Shown piece after piece: positions 60,901 through 64,000 of a DNA stretch of 64,000 bases. The position numbers and the translations under genes were made by a program. Each line of letters starts with the position of its first letter. The first letter of the stretch is position 1. The notes under the pieces were generated by a model. That model did not search any database. It was not told the origin of the DNA and saw only the letters and a list, made by a program, of their open reading frames with translations. Source of the DNA: Amoebophrya sp. A120 (lineage: Eukaryota; Protista; Dinoflagellata); the NCBI GenBank assembly GCA_905178155.1, contig CAJINV010000004.1, positions 2,378,228-2,442,227 on the forward strand. The letters are read 5' to 3'.

Positions 60901-60948
60901 CAGAACATCAACATCCTACATAGATATTAAACTTCCGCATCCGCAACG

Positions 60949-63900
60949 ATGAACGAGGAGGAGGCTGAGGCCGTGCACGACGATGACACCACGTTTTACG
61001 TCCTCTACGTGGAGACTATTCGCCTCGCCCACCCCGACCCACAGCCACTGAACGCCTGCATCCACTGGTACATCGGGGACGCGTATCAAATGTAAAAGTG
61101 TCTGGGTCTGGAAGAATGCATGTTTGTCATGCTTGTCTGGCATGACTCTTAAATATGTCATGCACGTTACCCAGGAGCTCTGTTTTTCTGTGATGCAGAA
61201 ACGCAGTTTGTCATGCAGAATAGGCAACACCTAGAAGCTCAGAAACTTGTCATGCTGAGCCAGCACTTGTGGCCTCATCATGAGACGCCACCCAGCATCA
61301 CAAGTTTCCAGACCCAGACATATTTGCAGTCCATAACGCGGACTACAGTTCAGTGCCCTTCACCATCCCGGCGAATGCGCAGTGGTACGATCTGAAAAAC
61401 TGCGGTTTTGTTCTGGTGCCCGACGCCGCACTGAAAGAGGACAGCGAAAAGAACAGCCTGACCCTGTCGATCACCAGCTGGGAAGGAGAACACCTGGGCG
61501 TCTTCTTTGGACACTGCGGAGACATCGCCACAAGTATTAAATTATATCACGATCATGTTTACATTTATTCTTTTGCTTCGATAGTTGTAGTTCTAGCTAC
61601 CGTCAAAGCAGTTGTTGGGTTACAAAACGTTCATAGAAGTTACGTCCCGCTGAATAAAAAAATCTTCTCTGCCCATTTTTTATCAGGCGAAACGTTCGAC
61701 AAGCATGACGTCGAGCTTTTGCACGAAGACGGCTCCTTCGCGACCGCCGAACTTCACGCGGCACGCCAGGGCCGTTGGACGCTGAGTGGCGCGAAGCAAA
61801 AGGAATGCGTGTTTGTCGATCCGAGCAACGATGCCCAGGCCAAGCACATCTGGGAGTTCATCGCGCCGGAGCCTACCGCGTCGTGGAAAGGCACAGCCAA
61901 GGCGAAGGGGACGGCTCCACCTGCGGCGGCCGGTGGGGTTGATGCGGGGGAAACTACATCTGCTTCAAAGGCGGACACAAGCAAGATGGTAGAGGAAGGC
62001 CAGAATGCTGGAGCAAGTGGTAGTACCGACGAGAAGAATAAAGCTGAGGCAGGTGGGGCCGCGTCGAGTAGCCGTGGTCCGAGGGTATAATTCAGTCTAT
62101 ATCATCTTGCTTTGTGTTGTGAATGAAGATGAACGCGGTGCAGCAGCTGCAACCTACGGCACACCTTCGAATATTAGAATTAGAAAGAGGAATGATATAA
62201 GTATCGATAACAGGTGCCATCATTCTTGGACGCAGAACGCATATGCAACGCGTGATGATTATCGCAGGCTCAGCACAAATGAATATTTATGAATGCTGAA
62301 AGCTGCAACAAGTTAGTGCTTTGAATAAAATACAAATATACGGAAATCATCATGTGCACGAAAATCAAAATCAAATTCCGTTCGTAAAATAAAACACAGG
62401 ACGCCGATCCGAGCCCGGAAATAAAAGCCAGTAAGGAAAGCGAACAAAAAGGCGCCCCAGGAGACGACACTGCAGCAGCAGAAGATGGAGCTGGTACTCA
62501 CTCGTCTTTGCATACAGTTTTTCCACATGCCGAATCTATTGCAGTGCCGAAGGAGCTTGCGCTAAATCGTTTTTTACGTGCTACGAGTGCAGAAGACGAA
62601 GAGCGTCTTTCACTTTCTATATCTATTTGCTTTTGTGCTCCTTCGATGACATAAATGATTATGAAAAAACCGTAATCACAGACGACCCCGGGAATGCCGA
62701 CCCGAAGGGCGCCTCCACCGCGAAACGCAAAAGCGCCCGCAAAAGGACGTCCGCGAAGGCCGACGCGAGCGACGAGCCTTCGGTACCAGGTAAAGAGGTT
62801 GTAGTAGTTGCCAGCGCAAGCAAAGAAGGAACATCAAGTGCAACTACGTCGCCAGGCAAAAAAACCAAACTCAACGTCGGGAGCAGCAATAAGCAGGCGG
62901 AGCTCACTTCCCTTCCCCCCGGGGAGCAGAGAAACTCTTCGGCAAGTAGTCCGGAGCGGAAAATGAAGACCAACGTGTTCAAACGAGCTGCGCAAAGCGT
63001 GATCGACGCGAACATAGCGACCAGCAGTTCAACGTCTCGGAAAAGTACGAACAAATCGCCCAGAAAATCGAAAAGCAACCGAGACAGCAACACCACTGGA
63101 GGTGAAAACAAGGGAAATAAAGTAGGCGAGTTCCTTCTGGACAAAGGCGTGGAGCAGTTAAATGAGTTCACCAACAAGGTCTACGCGTCCGAAGGCTGCC
63201 GCGCCACGCTGATGCATCCGAGTAATGGGCAGAAGATGCCGGTCAGAATGCGAATTCTTATGAAGAAAACAGGCTTACCCGTCCCCGGGAGTGAGGTCAG
63301 CAACATCGCGGAGGATGCGTATTTGGAGATCGCGAAAGACAGTGTGGACAACAGTAGCAACCCGTTTCTCCAGCCCGCCTTACCCTCTACTGGTGTAGTC
63401 TCCAGCACCGCTGCGAGCGCAGCCCTTCCCTCCGGCCGGTCTCTGAACAAAAACATCCTCCGTTCCGTGAAGCTGTCCGGCATCAAGAACCTGTTTCTCG
63501 GCGCGAATTTATCGCCGTTGACGAAACGGGCCTTGAAACTGACCGAGGAGAAACAGTTGCAGTACCTGCACCCGCTGTGCGTGACCATGCAAATCTCCGA
63601 GGAGTTGGAGTTTCTGACCCTGGAGTTTCTGTACCCGGACCAAGTGCAAGACGTGACCGAGGACGGGTTGAACCTACACACGGAGGAGCTACTCGGGAAC
63701 AAATCCGAGTACCTTCCGCAGTTCATCGAATTGTGTCGCAGCTACTACGCGCCGCCGAGGTACCCCGACGAGCCGCAGACGTATAATTTGCTTTCCAAAC
63801 AGCAGTTTCCCGACGTGAAGAAAGTGTGTGAGGAGGCGGTGGTAAAAGTGGCGCAGAAAAAGGTGAACGACCTGCAGACGCTCCGGAACTCGGTAAACTT

Positions 63901-64000
63901 GAACGTGTTCGTCGGCGAGAAGAAAAGCGAGGACGAGATCGGCGCAGTGCTCGCCGGGGGCAAGGAGGACTTTTTGATTTCCAGCGAGGAGAAAGTCCGC
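60949..64000 (+). CDS. Hypothetical multi-exon protein, 3'-partial (runs off window)
   Basis: ATG 60949 (MNEEEAEAVHDDDTTFYVLYVETIRL...WYIGDA|DYSSVPF) across TIR intron 61084-61335; phase-compatible GT-AG introns 61534-61686, 62085-62399, 62494-62681; last exon open to 64000. Beta-rich N-terminus, possibly C2-like (weak). Confidence 0.72.
61084..61335. mobile_element. TIR intron, family A, 252 bp; reverse-orientation near-copy of 19994 and 21507
   Basis: TATCAAATGTAAAAGTGTCTGGGTCTGGAA...TTCCAGACCCAGACATATTTGCAGTCCATA; direct repeat ACGCG. Confidence 0.95.

Noticed and set aside
19687-61335. Recurring peptides in the ORF track (IKCKNVWVWK, FQTQTFLHLI, LPDPDIFTFD, SNVKMSGSG) as a repeated protein domain
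   Set aside because: They are translations of the family A TIR in different frames and strands; conservation is at the DNA level.
527-63963. Long minus-strand ORFs overlapping + strand genes (e.g. 527-1144, 6914-7729, 12649-13233, 62659-63177)
   Set aside because: Antisense shadows of the + strand coding frames.
1-64000. tRNA or rRNA genes
   Set aside because: No cloverleaf or rRNA-conserved segment recognised by eye; not excluded without tRNAscan-SE or Infernal.

Overview
Eukaryotic, gene-dense genomic DNA with about ten protein-coding genes, all on the + strand. Recognisable products are ESCRT-II VPS36, an ArfGAP, an RCC1-repeat protein and a ~2,760-aa Cys-rich single-pass surface protein. 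The dominant feature is 37 short (150-339 bp) non-coding insertions, all inside coding exons. They run TAT...ATA (two have variant left ends), carry ~20-40-bp terminal inverted repeats (at least 7 TIR families plus singletons) and are flanked by a 5-bp direct repeat (26 perfect, 11 degenerate). In all 37 cases, deleting the element plus exactly one direct-repeat copy restores the reading frame, and at informative sites it rebuilds conserved motifs (ArfGAP CX2CX16CX2CX4R; RCC1 WGWGEFGQLG). They lack GT-AG termini, occur in both orientations and coexist with ordinary GT-AG introns. From recall, this matches the non-canonical invasive introns (introners) reported for the parasitic dinoflagellate Amoebophrya; the taxon is inferred, not verified. 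Extra signals seen here: a GCATNACA motif shared by otherwise unrelated families, a decay series from intact to eroded elements, a 329-aa gene hidden by 10 elements, and intergenic GC-rich blocks with long hairpins and palindromic motif arrays. All coordinates and joins were read by eye and may be off by a few bases.
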